Shown piece by piece: positions 34,689-46,401 of a DNA stretch of 64,000 bases (the stretch's first letter is position 1; the number at the start of each line of letters is the position of its first letter). Under the pieces are notes generated by a model that saw nothing but the letters and a program-made list of their open reading frames with translations, did not search any database and was not told the DNA's origin. The translations under genes and the position numbers were made by a program. This stretch comes from Rhodosorus marinus CCMP1338. Lineage: Eukaryota; Plantae; Rhodophyta. The stretch lies in NCBI GenBank assembly GCA_029953675.1, contig JAMWBK010000005.1:62001-126000 (forward strand), given 5' to 3'.

Positions 34689-37600
34689 CTCAGATGCTGG
34701 GGTTTCGTCCACGGGTCCTCCAGACACGCAGGTAGACAGTACAACGGACGTTCGCCAAGGTGCAGCTCCACAGACAACTCGTCACCGGACCCCTTCTTCG
34801 CCACCGTCCACCTCTGAGGCCATGGCCCTTGACTCCGCGAGTGCACCTGAACCTGGTCGGCAGATACCAGAGGATGAGAGCGAGAGCCCGCAAAGCAAGA
34901 AACCCCGTGTTACGATTGCTGAACAAGAGGACCTTTCTCACCAAGCATGACTGGGCGTCGTCCAAGTTCCAGTTCCCGCACGCGTAAGAGAGTTCGCCAC
35001 CCGCAGCTGTTCTACATGGACGTGGACCGCTGGGTTACTCGGCTTGACCTGTTCCTGCAAGCCCGCACCAATAATTGCACCCTTTGGTGGGCTTTGACTC
35101 ACTCCCCTACGAATACGCGAGAACACGTCCCTTCGGGACAAGTCCCAGCATGGAGCGCGCTTTTCAAATATGCCCTGGAAATGGCCCTGGATGACAGCGC
35201 CCCGGACCTCCGCCGCCTTTTTGTCCAGGTACTGCCTAGTCTGATCCTGGGATATGCTCGTGATCTTACCATGCCTGCCCAAGTCGAGATGCTGCTTGAG
35301 GACGACTTCGAACCCTTGTGGTGTGCAATTTCTGCTACTCGTCAGCGCACAACTGCTGCTTCTTCTGCAACTCGTACTCCGCGCTCGCCGTTTTCCTCCC
35401 GTCGTGTCCTCCATAAGACGAAAAATCGCCGCCTCTCTCAAGCAGCACAGCACATCCTTTCGACCCCGCTTGCCCCAAGAACTCAACAAACCTGGGAGGT
35501 CCTCGAAGCGATGTTCCCGGACCTTCCCGACGCGGTCCTACATCCCCAACTGGAGGAGTGTTTGTCGGCCAGTCTCCATGCTTCTGCACCTCGGCCGAGT
35601 CCCTTATGGGAACGCTGGCTTCGGATGAATCGCTACTTGCACTTTTACAACGACTCCCCGCTGGTATAAGCCCTGGCCCGAGTGGCCTTCGGGTAGAGCA
35701 CCTGCAGGCTCTCGAACACCATGTCCGCCCAGCCCTAGTCCGGTTCCTTCGAATGATTAGCACGGACCCCGAGACTCTGCCAGAGATCCTACTCCACAGC
35801 CTCCGGAGTAGTCGTATCGTGCCTAGGGCTAAGAACCCCACCTCGGAGTCGGGGACTTCTTCACCCCGCCTACGCCCCATTGGCATTCCCGAGGTGCTGC
35901 GCAAGGTTGCTTCACAATGGGTCTTACAACACGTCGTGCCCCGCGCTCGTGATTTCCGGCTGCCTACTCAACTCGGTGTTGGCGTCTCCGGGGGCTGTGA
36001 AGCAGTCCTCCACACGCTCCAGGCTCATCTACACTATGAACCTGACCACATTCTACTGAAACTCGACCTGGAGAACGCGTTTAACCGCATCGATCGCCGT
36101 CTTGCGAAACGCATTATCGAAGCGCGCTTTCCGGAGTTGCTCCCTTTCTATGTGCTTGGGTATGGTCGTGATTCCGCGGATGGTTCGTACCACTTCGGCT
36201 GGTTTCCTGACGACGGCTCCCCTTCTTCCGCTCGAGACCGCTTCTTCCTCCGATCGCGTACTGGCGTTCAACAAGGGGATCGTCTCGCACCGGTGCTGCA
36301 TGCCCTGGCCCTTTCGCCTTTTCTTATGGCGATGCGCACTCTCTTTCCCCGCATCACGGTGCTCGCGCTCCATGACGACATTAGCTTGGCGGGCCCCTAC
36401 TACGATATTCACGAGGCATTTCAGTGGAGTCAACGAGTTTTAAGCTCGCTCGGCGCGAGACTGCAACCGGATAAATGCGTCCTCTTCGGCCATCGGATTG
36501 AATCGCCAAGGCTTGTCAACCACGACTTCCCCGAAGTTGACTTTACTCGGCACGGCGTCATGCTGCACTCTGTTCCAGTAGGCACCCGGGCCTTTGTCAT
36601 CGGAGCCTGCCGAAAGCTGCAAAACACACACGCCAAGCTCGTCAAAGGGATTCAGAAACTCCCCGAAGGCGAGTTGCAGACGAAGTTGGCGCTCTTCCGC
36701 TACTGTGCTAGTCCGCGGCTAGACTATCATCTCCGCTGCCTGGCTCTTCCTTTTGGCGCGCTTCTTGCTACTGAGGCGGACACCCTCACAATGCACGAGT
36801 TGGATACGTTGTGCGGAAGTCTGCTTCTTCTCCAAGGGCTTCCACAGGAGGAGTTGGAGACCGTGCAAGCCCAAATTCGCTTACCTGGCAAGTGGGGTGG
36901 CCTTGGCCTGGCTACGCGCGTTCGTATTCACCCGATTGCTTTTTGTTCCGCTTGGACTCGCACGCGTCAGACTAACGCCGCTGACAATACCTTTCTGAGA
37001 CGTCTGGGTACGGCGTGCCGCGGGACCGATCCCAATGCCGAACCTATTCTCGAGGATCTCTCCAGCTCAACGGATCTTCTGGACCAGCAGCTCTCGCTCG
37101 CTAGCCGCTGGACCACTTCTCGCCTCAGCTCCCGCACTTCTGCTCGTATTCGCGCCCTCGCTCTTTGGTCCAAGGCGCTTCCAACAGATGATCCCGCTCC
37201 AGCTTCCATCAATCCTCCGCTCGCAGGTCCTCTACAACAAATACTCTCTCAGGAGAGTCACCGTAGAGCGTTTGAGGATATCGTGAATGATTCCGCGCTT
37301 GACGATTGCACTCGTGCTCTTGTCCGCTCTGCTTCTGGTGCTGGCGCTGGTGGCTGGCTTCATGTGGACCTCCCTAGCACAGGGTCTGAACCCCTTTCCA
37401 CCGAAGAAATCCGATGCAGTTTACGCTTGCTTTTGGGACTCCCGGTACCTGGTCTCCGCACTACCCCGGAATGCACAGTCTGTGGCAAACCACACGCTGC
37501 GGATGGGACCCAACGTCTTTTTCACGGTTCCACTTCGGCTGGGAATTGGACTCTGCGCCATAATCGGATTCGTGACGAGCTCGTGAGTCACCTTCGGCGG

Positions 37601-38155
37601 TGGCACCTTCCGGATGTTCAGGTTGAGCCTTATGGGTTTTTTGAGGGTAGTCGTCTCAGCCCTGACATAGTCGTCCGTCATCACCGCACGGGTAAGCACT
37701 ACGTTATCGATGTCAAGGTGGAATCCCCATTGCGGGCCCATCTCCTCGCTCGCGTCGCATGTCAATCGGGTTATGCCGCCGCCAATGCTGAAGCCGGGAA
37801 ACGAGCCAAGTATCGGGATGCCATCGGTGACCACAATGATTTCCACTTTGTACCCTTCGCCATCCAAGGCTTTGGACGACTTGGCCAAGCGGCCCAAGAC
37901 TACATTACAGAAATTACTGATCATCTTGAGCACAAAGCGGACGCGCAAACGCTCGTGTGGGTGGACCTTAATCGCGAGCTATGGCGTGGTACGGCTCGCC
38001 TGGCGATCCATGCCATGCGCAAAGATAATCATGTTCGGACGATGTCCCCTATAGAAACTAGTCTTCTACCCCGCTCCGGGGTCTCCTTAGCCTAGCCCCT
38101 CCTGTTTTTCTCTCGTCCCTCTAGCGCTACATTCGGTAGTTGAAGTAAATGAAAG
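34689..38155 (+). mobile_element. Family D CRE-like element, 5'-truncated in ORF1
   Basis: ORF1 end, ATGA overlap at 34947, RT-RLE ORF, and a 3' UTR ending gttgaagtaaatgaa. Confidence 0.9.
35558..38095 (+). CDS. Family D RT-RLE (N-terminus frameshifted, original start 34947)
   Basis: GVQQGDRLAP, LHDD, LPGKWGGLG, CTVC, RHNRIRD, SPDIVV and IDVKVESP. Confidence 0.9.
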   Translation: MFVGQSPCFCTSAESLMGTLASDESLLALLQRLPAGISPGPSGLRVEHLQALEHHVRPALVRFLRMISTDPETLPEILLHSLRSSRIVPRAKNPTSESGTSSPRLRPIGIPEVLRKVASQWVLQHVVPRARDFRLPTQLGVGVSGGCEAVLHTLQAHLHYEPDHILLKLDLENAFNRIDRRLAKRIIEARFPELLPFYVLGYGRDSADGSYHFGWFPDDGSPSSARDRFFLRSRTGVQQGDRLAPVLHALALSPFLMAMRTLFPRITVLALHDDISLAGPYYDIHEAFQWSQRVLSSLGARLQPDKCVLFGHRIESPRLVNHDFPEVDFTRHGVMLHSVPVGTRAFVIGACRKLQNTHAKLVKGIQKLPEGELQTKLALFRYCASPRLDYHLRCLALPFGALLATEADTLTMHELDTLCGSLLLLQGLPQEELETVQAQIRLPGKWGGLGLATRVRIHPIAFCSAWTRTRQTNAADNTFLRRLGTACRGTDPNAEPILEDLSSSTDLLDQQLSLASRWTTSRLSSRTSARIRALALWSKALPTDDPAPASINPPLAGPLQQILSQESHRRAFEDIVNDSALDDCTRALVRSASGAGAGGWLHVDLPSTGSEPLSTEEIRCSLRLLLGLPVPGLRTTPECTVCGKPHAADGTQRLFHGSTSAGNWTLRHNRIRDELVSHLRRWHLPDVQVEPYGFFEGSRLSPDIVVRHHRTGKHYVIDVKVESPLRAHLLARVACQSGYAAANAEAGKRAKYRDAIGDHNDFHFVPFAIQGFGRLGQAAQDYITEITDHLEHKADAQTLVWVDLNRELWRGTARLAIHAMRKDNHVRTMSPIETSLLPRSGVSLA

Positions 38156-38429
38156 AGTAGCAATACAGGTGTAAAAACCTGGCTAACAGACCTGGCTGTT
38201 TGGGATAGTTTAATGTAAAGGAGGACCGATTTTCCGAGTGGAAAAGTGAAGCGCGCAACAAATCAATGTGTTTAATCGGAGACTTAGAAAAATCCCGAGG
38301 GGAAAAAAAACAGACTAGGGGCGGCGAAGATCGCGTCGCGCCTCCCTCACATAGTGACGGTGTTGATTTAGAAGTGAACCTTGGGATTAAACGGACAATC
38401 GATTGCCAATGGATTATAACAAGCCACAA

Positions 38430-39440
38430 CTTTTCTGCTGTCCTTGAACAGGATTTCCCCCTTATGGCTTACGATCTTCGTTAGAACGATGTAATAAGTA
38501 TTCTCCGGCAGAGTGTACCAGCTCAATGTGGGGCGTGCAGAAACCGCACGACCTGGGTCAACAGAAAATCGCTCCCCCGAAATCATCCCTCGTATGGGAG
38601 ACCATACTTGGACGAAAATCTGACGTGCTTCCTTAGCAGCGCGACTGGTCCTGACCCTCACCCATATTCTATGCCGAAAATCGGAATTTTTCTAGGGGAT
38701 ATGTTCGAGATCAAGTCGACCGAGTATAGCCATATCGTAGTCAGCCACATGGACGGTCTCTTTCTGCATCAATACAGTCTCGCCGTCACGTGTGAGTGTC
38801 ACGGTGCTCTCGTAAGGGCCGTCCTCGAAATTGTGTCAAATTCAAGCCCGTGACATCTATAGAAAACCAAGTGGTTCTTCGGCCTGCTTCCAGCACATAA
38901 TCTGATCTCTCCCGGAGAAGAGTGTTGACCCCTTTCCGACGAAGCGAGATTGTGAGTGCAGCGTGCCTCGTAGCCTCCCAGTGAGTCTTCAGGAAGTAGG
39001 ACCCTCGCGGGATTTTACCGCTGTGGACATGCTGCACTATTTCGAGGGAATCCTTCATCTGGTCAAAGGGGACGTTGGCTTGCAGTAGCACCACCTTCAC
39101 AATGTAGAACTTCCCATTTCTGAGAGGTTTTGTCGAAATATTTCAGGATAACCTTGGCCCTCTTCCTGGTCGGCGCCTCGAGCACATGGATTCGCTTGTA
39201 CTTGTTCCACCCAATGCCTCCCACTTCCTGGACAGAAACGGCTATGTCCGCATTCTCAGTCACCGTATAGTCAATTTTCAGTTCAATACTCTGTAAGGTC
39301 CAGCCTCTACAAAGGCAAACTTTTCTTTTATCGAAATCGTGCCCTCCACAGTTTCAACCCGACTCGCCCCGTCAACCTCCAGGCTCAGAAGCAGGAGAAA
39401 TCCGCAGCTCATTCTCCCCACAGGCCAAGACGGCCATTAA
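38430..39440 (-). pseudogene. Frameshifted ORF remnant of unknown protein
   Basis: Frames 39063..39263 and 38786..39100 join into globular-looking sequence (...KWEVL/HIVKVVLLQ...TWFSIDVT). Confidence 0.35.
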
Positions 39441-39871
39441 AACCCACACGATCACCCAGCGATGCATATCGTCCCAATTCTAACGAAGGAACTCAAAAAT
39501 ACCCTTCTCCACGCTCCACCTCCTACAATAGTCCTCCTCTCTCATACACCGTCCTCAGTCCCCAGTCCTTCCGACTCGGAGCACATATGTAGACAACAAA
39601 ATCTCCCCCCCACGCTCTCTTCGAATAGCACACCACTTTCTCTCTCTCAAATCTCTAGTGGATAGCCACCACCCCCTCTCTTACTCAAAGCCGGGGGCGG
39701 CTCTCCCTAGATATTGTTTCTTACCCAAGTTATAAACTCTGAAAACGAATCACATTTGCTCAGGGATCAACCACCTTTCTCTTCACAAACCCCCCTGCAA
39801 AGTGTAACACGCACCAACCTCGCCCCAAGTGTATGCGCTCAACCAACCGTAACCTTTACTGGGCAGCTGCT

Positions 39872-40990
39872 TAATGAATGAATGGTTTAATCGGAGGCTG
39901 AAAGAAAAAACCCCGAGGGGAAAAAAAGATTAAGGGCGGCGAAGATATCGCGCCTCCAATATCAAAGCGGCATTCATGCGTTGTTTACCCGCTTAAGCAG
40001 GAAACTTAAGCGGGTAAACAACGATTGAAGACGGTCAGGGCGTTCGCGGAACAACTCCCGAAGCCAGCGAGAACCAACAGAGTCCATGAACCCAAAGCAC
40101 TCAATGATCAGGGGTACCAAGCGATATTCTAGTGCCGAAGCACGAACACCTGGCTATCTTCAAGATGCTTAATTCAGCGCAACACGGATACTATCACTAT
40201 CTAAGGAGAAATTGCAGGTAACCTCAAACTGAATGGAAGTGTTTAATCGGAGACTGCAAAAAACCCCGAAGCGAAAAAAAAAAAGACTAGGCCGGCGAAG
40301 ATCGCGCGCCTCTACCATCAAAGCAGCGTTCATGCGCCACAGCAGGAAACTTAGACGGACGAACAACCAGGAAAGACGGTCAGGCAGTTCACGGCGAGTA
40401 CAGTTGAGCTAGCTCAACTGTACTCCTCCACCTTTCCCCCCCCCCACCTCCCCACCACCCCACCACCCCACCACCCCAACAAACTGAAAAAAAGACCAAC
40501 ATCAAAGCAGCGTTCATGCGCCACAGCGGGAAATTTAGACGGGTGAACAACGAGGAAAGGCGGTCAGGGAGTTCACGGGCTTTCTCAACTGTACTCCTCC
40601 ACGGTTTCCTCCCCCTCCCCCACCCCCCAACAAACTGAAAAAAGGTCACGGGGAGTACAGTTGAGCTTTCCCCTAGACCAACATCAAAGCAGCGTTCATG
40701 CGCCACAGCGGGAAATTTAGACGGGTGAACAACGAGGAAAGGCGGTCAGGGAGTTCACGGGCTTTCTCAACTGTACTCCTCCACGGTTCCCCCTCCCCTC
40801 CCCCACCCCCCAACAAACTAAAAAAAGTTCACGGGGAGTACAGTTGAGCTTTCCCCTAGACCAACATTTAGAGCTTTCCCGTAGACCAACATTTACGAAC
40901 GAACGAATGGTTTAATCGGAGGCTGAAAAAAAAACATTTAAAGCAGCGTTACATGCGCCACAGCGGGAAATTTTCACGGATGAAGAACGA
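39872..40990 (-). repeat. Cluster of family A and A-variant 3' ends, including a tandem ~185-bp rearranged unit
   Basis: Repeated WRMNAAL-coding segments; the unit contains gagtacagttgag and ctcaactgtactc as an inverted pair. Confidence 0.8.
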
Positions 40991-41333
40991 GGAAAGGCGG
41001 TCAGGGAGGGCGTGTTTTCCGTCGGCAACCCGGGATTCACTCAGTTGACCTGTCCATGCGCTGGACTGGGTTCCTGTAGTGCAGTCCACTTGAAGCTGCG
41101 TGAAGCTAACCGCTCGAAGATTTACTAGCTCGGCAATCGAGGATCGTTGAGACGTCATGTACGGACAGCTGTCCAGATTAGCATGCTCCAGACTTTTGGT
41201 GTGGTAACGCTCAGTGGGCAGAAGACAAGACGGAACCCAATTCTTCAGTACAGAACATTTTCAGTTAGTCTCCAACCAAGCTGAGCTATCTCCGCAATTT
41301 CTAGCAAATTCTCAAATGTTCTACAGCTTGCTT

Positions 41334-41703
41334 CAGTAGTGTCTCCCTTTGGCGATATTCCAGCGACATGCTTTCCGAGGCGCGCCACCGGCGCCTGGGG
41401 TTGCATGCTTCCCTCCCTAGTTATTAGTTCATCTTCACGCCTTGCGTAGCGCTTCAGGCTATGCTAGCATCAGGCTATGCTAGTAAAGTCCAGTAAAGTC
41501 CAGTAAAGTCCAGTAAAGTCCAGTATAGCTCCAAGGAGACGGAAGAAAAGCAAATTCTGCTAGTGCCGGAAACGCCACATCGAACGAACGAATGGTTTAA
41601 ATCGGAGGCTGAAAAAAAAAACCCCGAGGGGAAAAAAAGACTAAGCGCGGCGAAGTACTCGCGCCTCCAACATCAAAGCGGCATTCATGCGCCACAGCAG
41701 GAA
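41334..41703. mobile_element. Family C 3' fragment (+, 41334-41523) and family A 3' fragment (-, 41581-41703)
   Basis: Terminal sequences and tails match the families; the C tail has four agtaaagtcc units. Confidence 0.88.
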
Positions 41704-42598
41704 CATCAGGGTAGGCAACACAACGTCTATTGACGGCAATGTCAAGGCTTGCAACCGCGGCCCCGATTGGTAGTTTAGTTATGCGTATCTGTTCGCATTA
41801 CGCCCGGCGTAGCACTTAAGGCTATGCTAGTTGCTGTTGTTGTTGTTGTTGTTGTTTTTGTTGTGAGGCTATGCTAGTACCCAGAGCATCTGGAAGCCCG
41901 CGTACACGTTCGCGATGTCCGACCTAGAGCGCAGATTATGAGTTGAGAAGTCTCCAACTGCTACAGTGCTTTCCTCTCTCTTCTCATGTGTTGTACGGTG
42001 AGTTCTGAGTCCTAGTTTCTCCCTAAAGTAGACCGTCAGGGTGGTGATATTCAACGCAATGCAAGGGGCGTTGTCTGTACTCCCCGTGAACTTTTTTCAG
42101 TTTGGTGGGGGTGGGGGGGGGGGTGGGGTGGGTTGAAAGGTGGAGGAGTACAGTTGAGCTTTCCCCTCGGGGTTTTTTCTTTCAGCCTCCGATTAAACAA
42201 TTCATTCATGATAGGCGCTTATTGTCACTCAGCTGATGGTCAGACGCGACCAAGATGGGGGTGCAGAGAATATGGAAGTCGCGGCTCGCAGGGAAATGGT
42301 ATATAAGCGTGGATCCACGGAATATGCTAGTCTTTGTTCGCGTGATGACTGTCGTGGCCGGTTAGGGTTCTTTGATTACACCACCACACTTCGGCCTCCT
42401 GGAAATGGTAGCGAAGAGAGTGGCGACTGTGAAGATAGGGTTCGGGGTACTGAGAGCGCTCATAGTTTGACGACCGGGAATTGCCTCGCGGGCAAGTTGA
42501 GTGAGAACGATCGGGATCGGAGGAGGGAGGCGCAGGAGCGACGTGAGTGTTTTTTACGCTAAAAACAAGCGATCTGTTGAAGTGAAATTTGCTGGGCA

Positions 42599-44530
42599 TT
42601 GTCAAAGATGGTCCGCTTGTTGTTGGTTTTGGGATGGGCACTTTTATCTTTGAGAGCAGTGCTCGGACAGGAAGCCACTTGCAGCGATCAAAGTTTTTTC
42701 GCCCTTCCGGACAAGGTCAAGTTCATCTTCAACTCGAACAAATGGTATATTGGCTCTGAAGAGAGTTACTGCGTACATATGGTGCCAGCGAGCCACGTAC
42801 TTGACGATGTGATCACTGCAAGTAACAAGCTTGGATTCGTCTGCTTCTCTTCAGTGAATGGATGTATGAAGATGAGGTTCAAAGTTTACCCAGGCTTTCG
42901 GTTGAGGGAGGTTTCCGGCACAATGGGGACTAACGATAAAAAAGTGGGAAGTATCTCGCACCCGATGAAGGAACGGGCTGGTAAGCGTCATGTGAAGTCG
43001 TTATTCTTCTGTCCAGATACGATTCTATCGAGTCAGCTTTGCTGCAAAACGAAAATGTTCATGTCGCCCGAGATGCTTGTCGTTGAGGAGGAAACGGGAA
43101 AGTTCCTTATGGCGCTGCCGTGGGCCAAGAAATGCAAGCTACGACGTAAGAGCGATGTTAGTAGTCGTAATCGCCCGGTGTGCGACGGGGTGAGGATGAG
43201 CTGTCGAAAGGCTAATCGGATCTATGGCACTGAAGGATCCGATGTCATCCATGGAACGGAGGAGACGGATGTGATCTTTGCTCTTGCGGGGAGCGACGAG
43301 ATCCACGGGCTAGGTGGTAGAGACTATATATACGGAGGGAGCGGGGACGACAAGCTGTTCGGTGGCGACAATAAGGACACGCTTCGAGGAGAGAATGGAT
43401 ACGACGTCCTCTACGGCGAAAATGGGGGCGACACACTGTTGGGAGGATATCAAGATGATGAACTGTTCGGAGGCAATGGCCACGACTTCCTAAATGGAGA
43501 GGAGGATTTTGACCGCAGCTTTGGAGAAACCGGCGACGATACGATTGTTTCGTTCAATAAAAGATCTGGTGGTTTACCTCACGACGCGTATTCAAGCGAC
43601 TATATCTCTGGAGGGAATGGGGACGACAGGCTGTTTCCCGACTTCAGGTCAAGTGCTTTTGGCGGTGAAGGAGATGACTATATGGTGGGCGGCTTCCGCA
43701 AATTTGGAGGAGGTGGTAACGATACTATGCTGCACGGACATTTCAACAGTGGCGGTGATGGTGACGATTACATCAAAAGCTTCTACGATGATGTTGGATA
43801 TTCTGATCGTGGAGCAGGGATTGAAGGAGGCGATGGTAACGATGATCTCTACATTGGAGGGGCTGGCCCTCAATCTATTTCTGGTGGTGCGGGAGATGAT
43901 AGGATAAGGATGTCGTCATCTGCGGATTATTTTGGCCAGAGTATTGATGCTGGCCCTGGAGACGACAACGTTACGGCTCTCTCCAGGTTTTCGTACTATG
44001 ATCAGCTGACCGTGAATTTGGGCGAGGGAGATGACAACCTTGAGGCGATAAACTTTTTTTATCTCGACCTCAACGGCAACGATGGCAAGGATTACTTCCG
44101 TGTATCAGGCACACACTTTCTCTATGACATTGACCCCTCGAAGAAGCTAGTTGAGATACACGGAGATGGAGATGACGATATCGTCAAGGTATTCGACACC
44201 AAAGCGACCATTTTCGGAGGCGATGGCGACGACGAAATTGTTGCGTACTATGGGGGAACGGTGTTTGGCGAGGGCGGGAGCGATGATATCCAAGGGAGAT
44301 CCGACCAAGATCATGAAGTGCTAGCTGGAGAGGGAGATGACACTGTCAAGCTGGACGGTGGGAACAACACTGTAGCCGGAGAGAGCGGAAACGATGTTCT
44401 CACGAGCGGGGATGGGGACGACAACATCACCGGGGGAGAGGGGAACGATATCATCGAAAGCGGCGGAGGAAACAACATAGTGGATGGAGGACCGGGCATG
44501 AACATCATCGACGGCGTTCCCGACTACTAG
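42599..44530 (+). CDS. Secreted protein with hemolysin-type (RTX) Ca-binding Gly/Asp repeats
   Basis: Signal peptide, Cys-rich N-domain, then many GGxGxDxLx nonapeptides (GGSGDDKLF, GGNGHDFLN, GGEGNDIIE). Confidence 0.9.
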   Translation: MSKMVRLLLVLGWALLSLRAVLGQEATCSDQSFFALPDKVKFIFNSNKWYIGSEESYCVHMVPASHVLDDVITASNKLGFVCFSSVNGCMKMRFKVYPGFRLREVSGTMGTNDKKVGSISHPMKERAGKRHVKSLFFCPDTILSSQLCCKTKMFMSPEMLVVEEETGKFLMALPWAKKCKLRRKSDVSSRNRPVCDGVRMSCRKANRIYGTEGSDVIHGTEETDVIFALAGSDEIHGLGGRDYIYGGSGDDKLFGGDNKDTLRGENGYDVLYGENGGDTLLGGYQDDELFGGNGHDFLNGEEDFDRSFGETGDDTIVSFNKRSGGLPHDAYSSDYISGGNGDDRLFPDFRSSAFGGEGDDYMVGGFRKFGGGGNDTMLHGHFNSGGDGDDYIKSFYDDVGYSDRGAGIEGGDGNDDLYIGGAGPQSISGGAGDDRIRMSSSADYFGQSIDAGPGDDNVTALSRFSYYDQLTVNLGEGDDNLEAINFFYLDLNGNDGKDYFRVSGTHFLYDIDPSKKLVEIHGDGDDDIVKVFDTKATIFGGDGDDEIVAYYGGTVFGEGGSDDIQGRSDQDHEVLAGEGDDTVKLDGGNNTVAGESGNDVLTSGDGDDNITGGEGNDIIESGGGNNIVDGGPGMNIIDGVPDY

Positions 44531-44729
44531 ATGAGTTGATCGTCAACAAAGTGTATACAATCTGCCCTCGTCGAAATGTTCCCCTTGTACGTAAACGTTT
44601 TTGTATGTTGGATGTGCGTGATCTTCGCCTTGAGTAGTTTTGTTTTTCGCCTCGGGGTCTTTTCAGGCTACCGGGACTACGGACGATGGAGCGCTGTACT
44701 AGTTGTCGTAGTACCCCCCCGACTAACGG

Positions 44730-45770
44730 GGTACAAAGGTTCCAGCACTGCCCGACTTCGACCGGACTATGGCAGAGACGACACGACGAGATCTGCTCAG
44801 AGCTGGCACGATGGCTGAACCGTTGGAATTTCCTGGACATCGAACAGGAGCCACAGTCTTACTTCGAGAATTACGGGCTGCGGCCGGATATTATCGCGAC
44901 ACACACAAGGACGTTTCAACGATATGCACTAGATTGCGGAAATGTTTTGCTGAGCATCCTACTGAATATTTGGCGCTCTTGAGGCGTTTAAGTGTCTCCC
45001 TTTGGCGATATTCCAGCGACATGCTTTCCGAGGCGCGCCATCGGCGCCTGGGGTTGCATACTTCCCTCCCTAGTTATTAGTTCATCTTCATGCCTTGCGT
45101 AGCGCTTCAGGCTATGCTAGTAAAGTCCAGATGTGACGGTGATCTCACCGCTGCAGGGCAAGTACCTCGGGAGGAGCAAAGAGGGTATGCGGCTAGGCTG
45201 GCAGAGAACAACAAAATGGCCCACTATAAGGAAGCGATGAGCGTTGAGCAACCCGATGACAAGTTCATCCCGCTGGCGCTGGAGACTTTCGGACGTACCG
45301 GAAAATTGACACAAGACTTTCGTAAGGAAAGTTGTAAACATCGTCTCCACCGAGCGGATGAATTAAGTGATGTACGAGCTGAGCTGAACCGGACTCTTTG
45401 GCAAGGCAACGCGGGGGTGGCATTAGGCACCCTGCGGGTGGACCAGTTGGAGAATCCACTGGTCCCTCTGTTTTCTTTTGAACGTAGCATGAGACCCCAG
45501 TAACGGGGTTGACGTGAGCTTTTCCCTTAGATAGTGATAGAATCCGTGTTGCGCTGCAGTAGGCAGCTGCCTAGTAAAGCTTACGGTTACGTTAGTCTTG
45601 ACGTGGTGGTTGCCCAGGCATGTTTGAAGTAGTGTTGCGCTGCATTAGGCAACTGCCCAATAAAGGATATGGTCCAGTAAGTTTTTCCCTAGATAGGATT
45701 AGACGTAGTGTTGCGCTGCAGTAGGCAGCTGCCCATTAAAGCTTACGGTTACGTTAGTCTGGGGTTAGTT
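44730..45770 (+). mobile_element. Diverged family B (B3) 3' fragment interrupted by family C (44935-45128), followed by short B ends
   Basis: Removing C and one agat copy restores ...RYALDVTV. Confidence 0.85.
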
Positions 45771-46401
45771 ATAACTTCAAAAATGATTGAGATTTTCTCG
45801 TTGAGGTTGATGAGGAGTTTTTAATCAGACATGAGTAAGGAGGAGCCCAAAACACCCTGAGACAGGGGAGGTCACTAACGGCGGAACCGCAAAGCGCGCG
45901 CCTCCAAAGTCAGCCCCGCGTTGTAGACCAAAGCACAAAACTAAGCTGCATCAATTGTTCTGGCACACCTTCCGATTCTTTCTCGAAACGATCAGAAAGC
46001 CAGTCCACACCTTCCAGCTCCACAAAACCTAGACGTTCGCTGACAAGAGTGCCAAACGGATGGGTCAGCGCTGTGGTCTGCACTGATACATTTGTAGGAA
46101 CTTCGCTGTAAATAATATGTTTACGTCAACCCGTAATGGCAAATGTCGCGAAATCGCAAATGTCGCGAAATCGCAAATGTATCGAAATCGCGCGAAATCG
46201 CGACAGTTCCATTAAATGGTTGGTTTCTCTTGTCAAAATTAGTCACTTTTAAAAATATTTTCAGATTTTCTCGTTAAGGAGAAAAGACGAGGGACTTGGT
46301 AGAAAAGCAGCATAGTATTGGGATGGGACTGTTGATTGCTGTTTGCAAACGCTGGAGGGGACTTCGGGGTTTGCGATGTTTGGGGTTGCGATTGTTACGA
46401 G

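Noticed and set aside
42599-44530. Bacterial contamination explaining the RTX gene
   Set aside because: It is contiguous with the same retroelement families on both sides and has a Sec-type signal peptide. Misassembly cannot be fully excluded without reads.
45790-46275. agattttctcgtt direct repeat as the TSD of a hidden insertion
   Set aside because: The enclosed ~460 bp has no recognisable element ends, so this cannot be supported.
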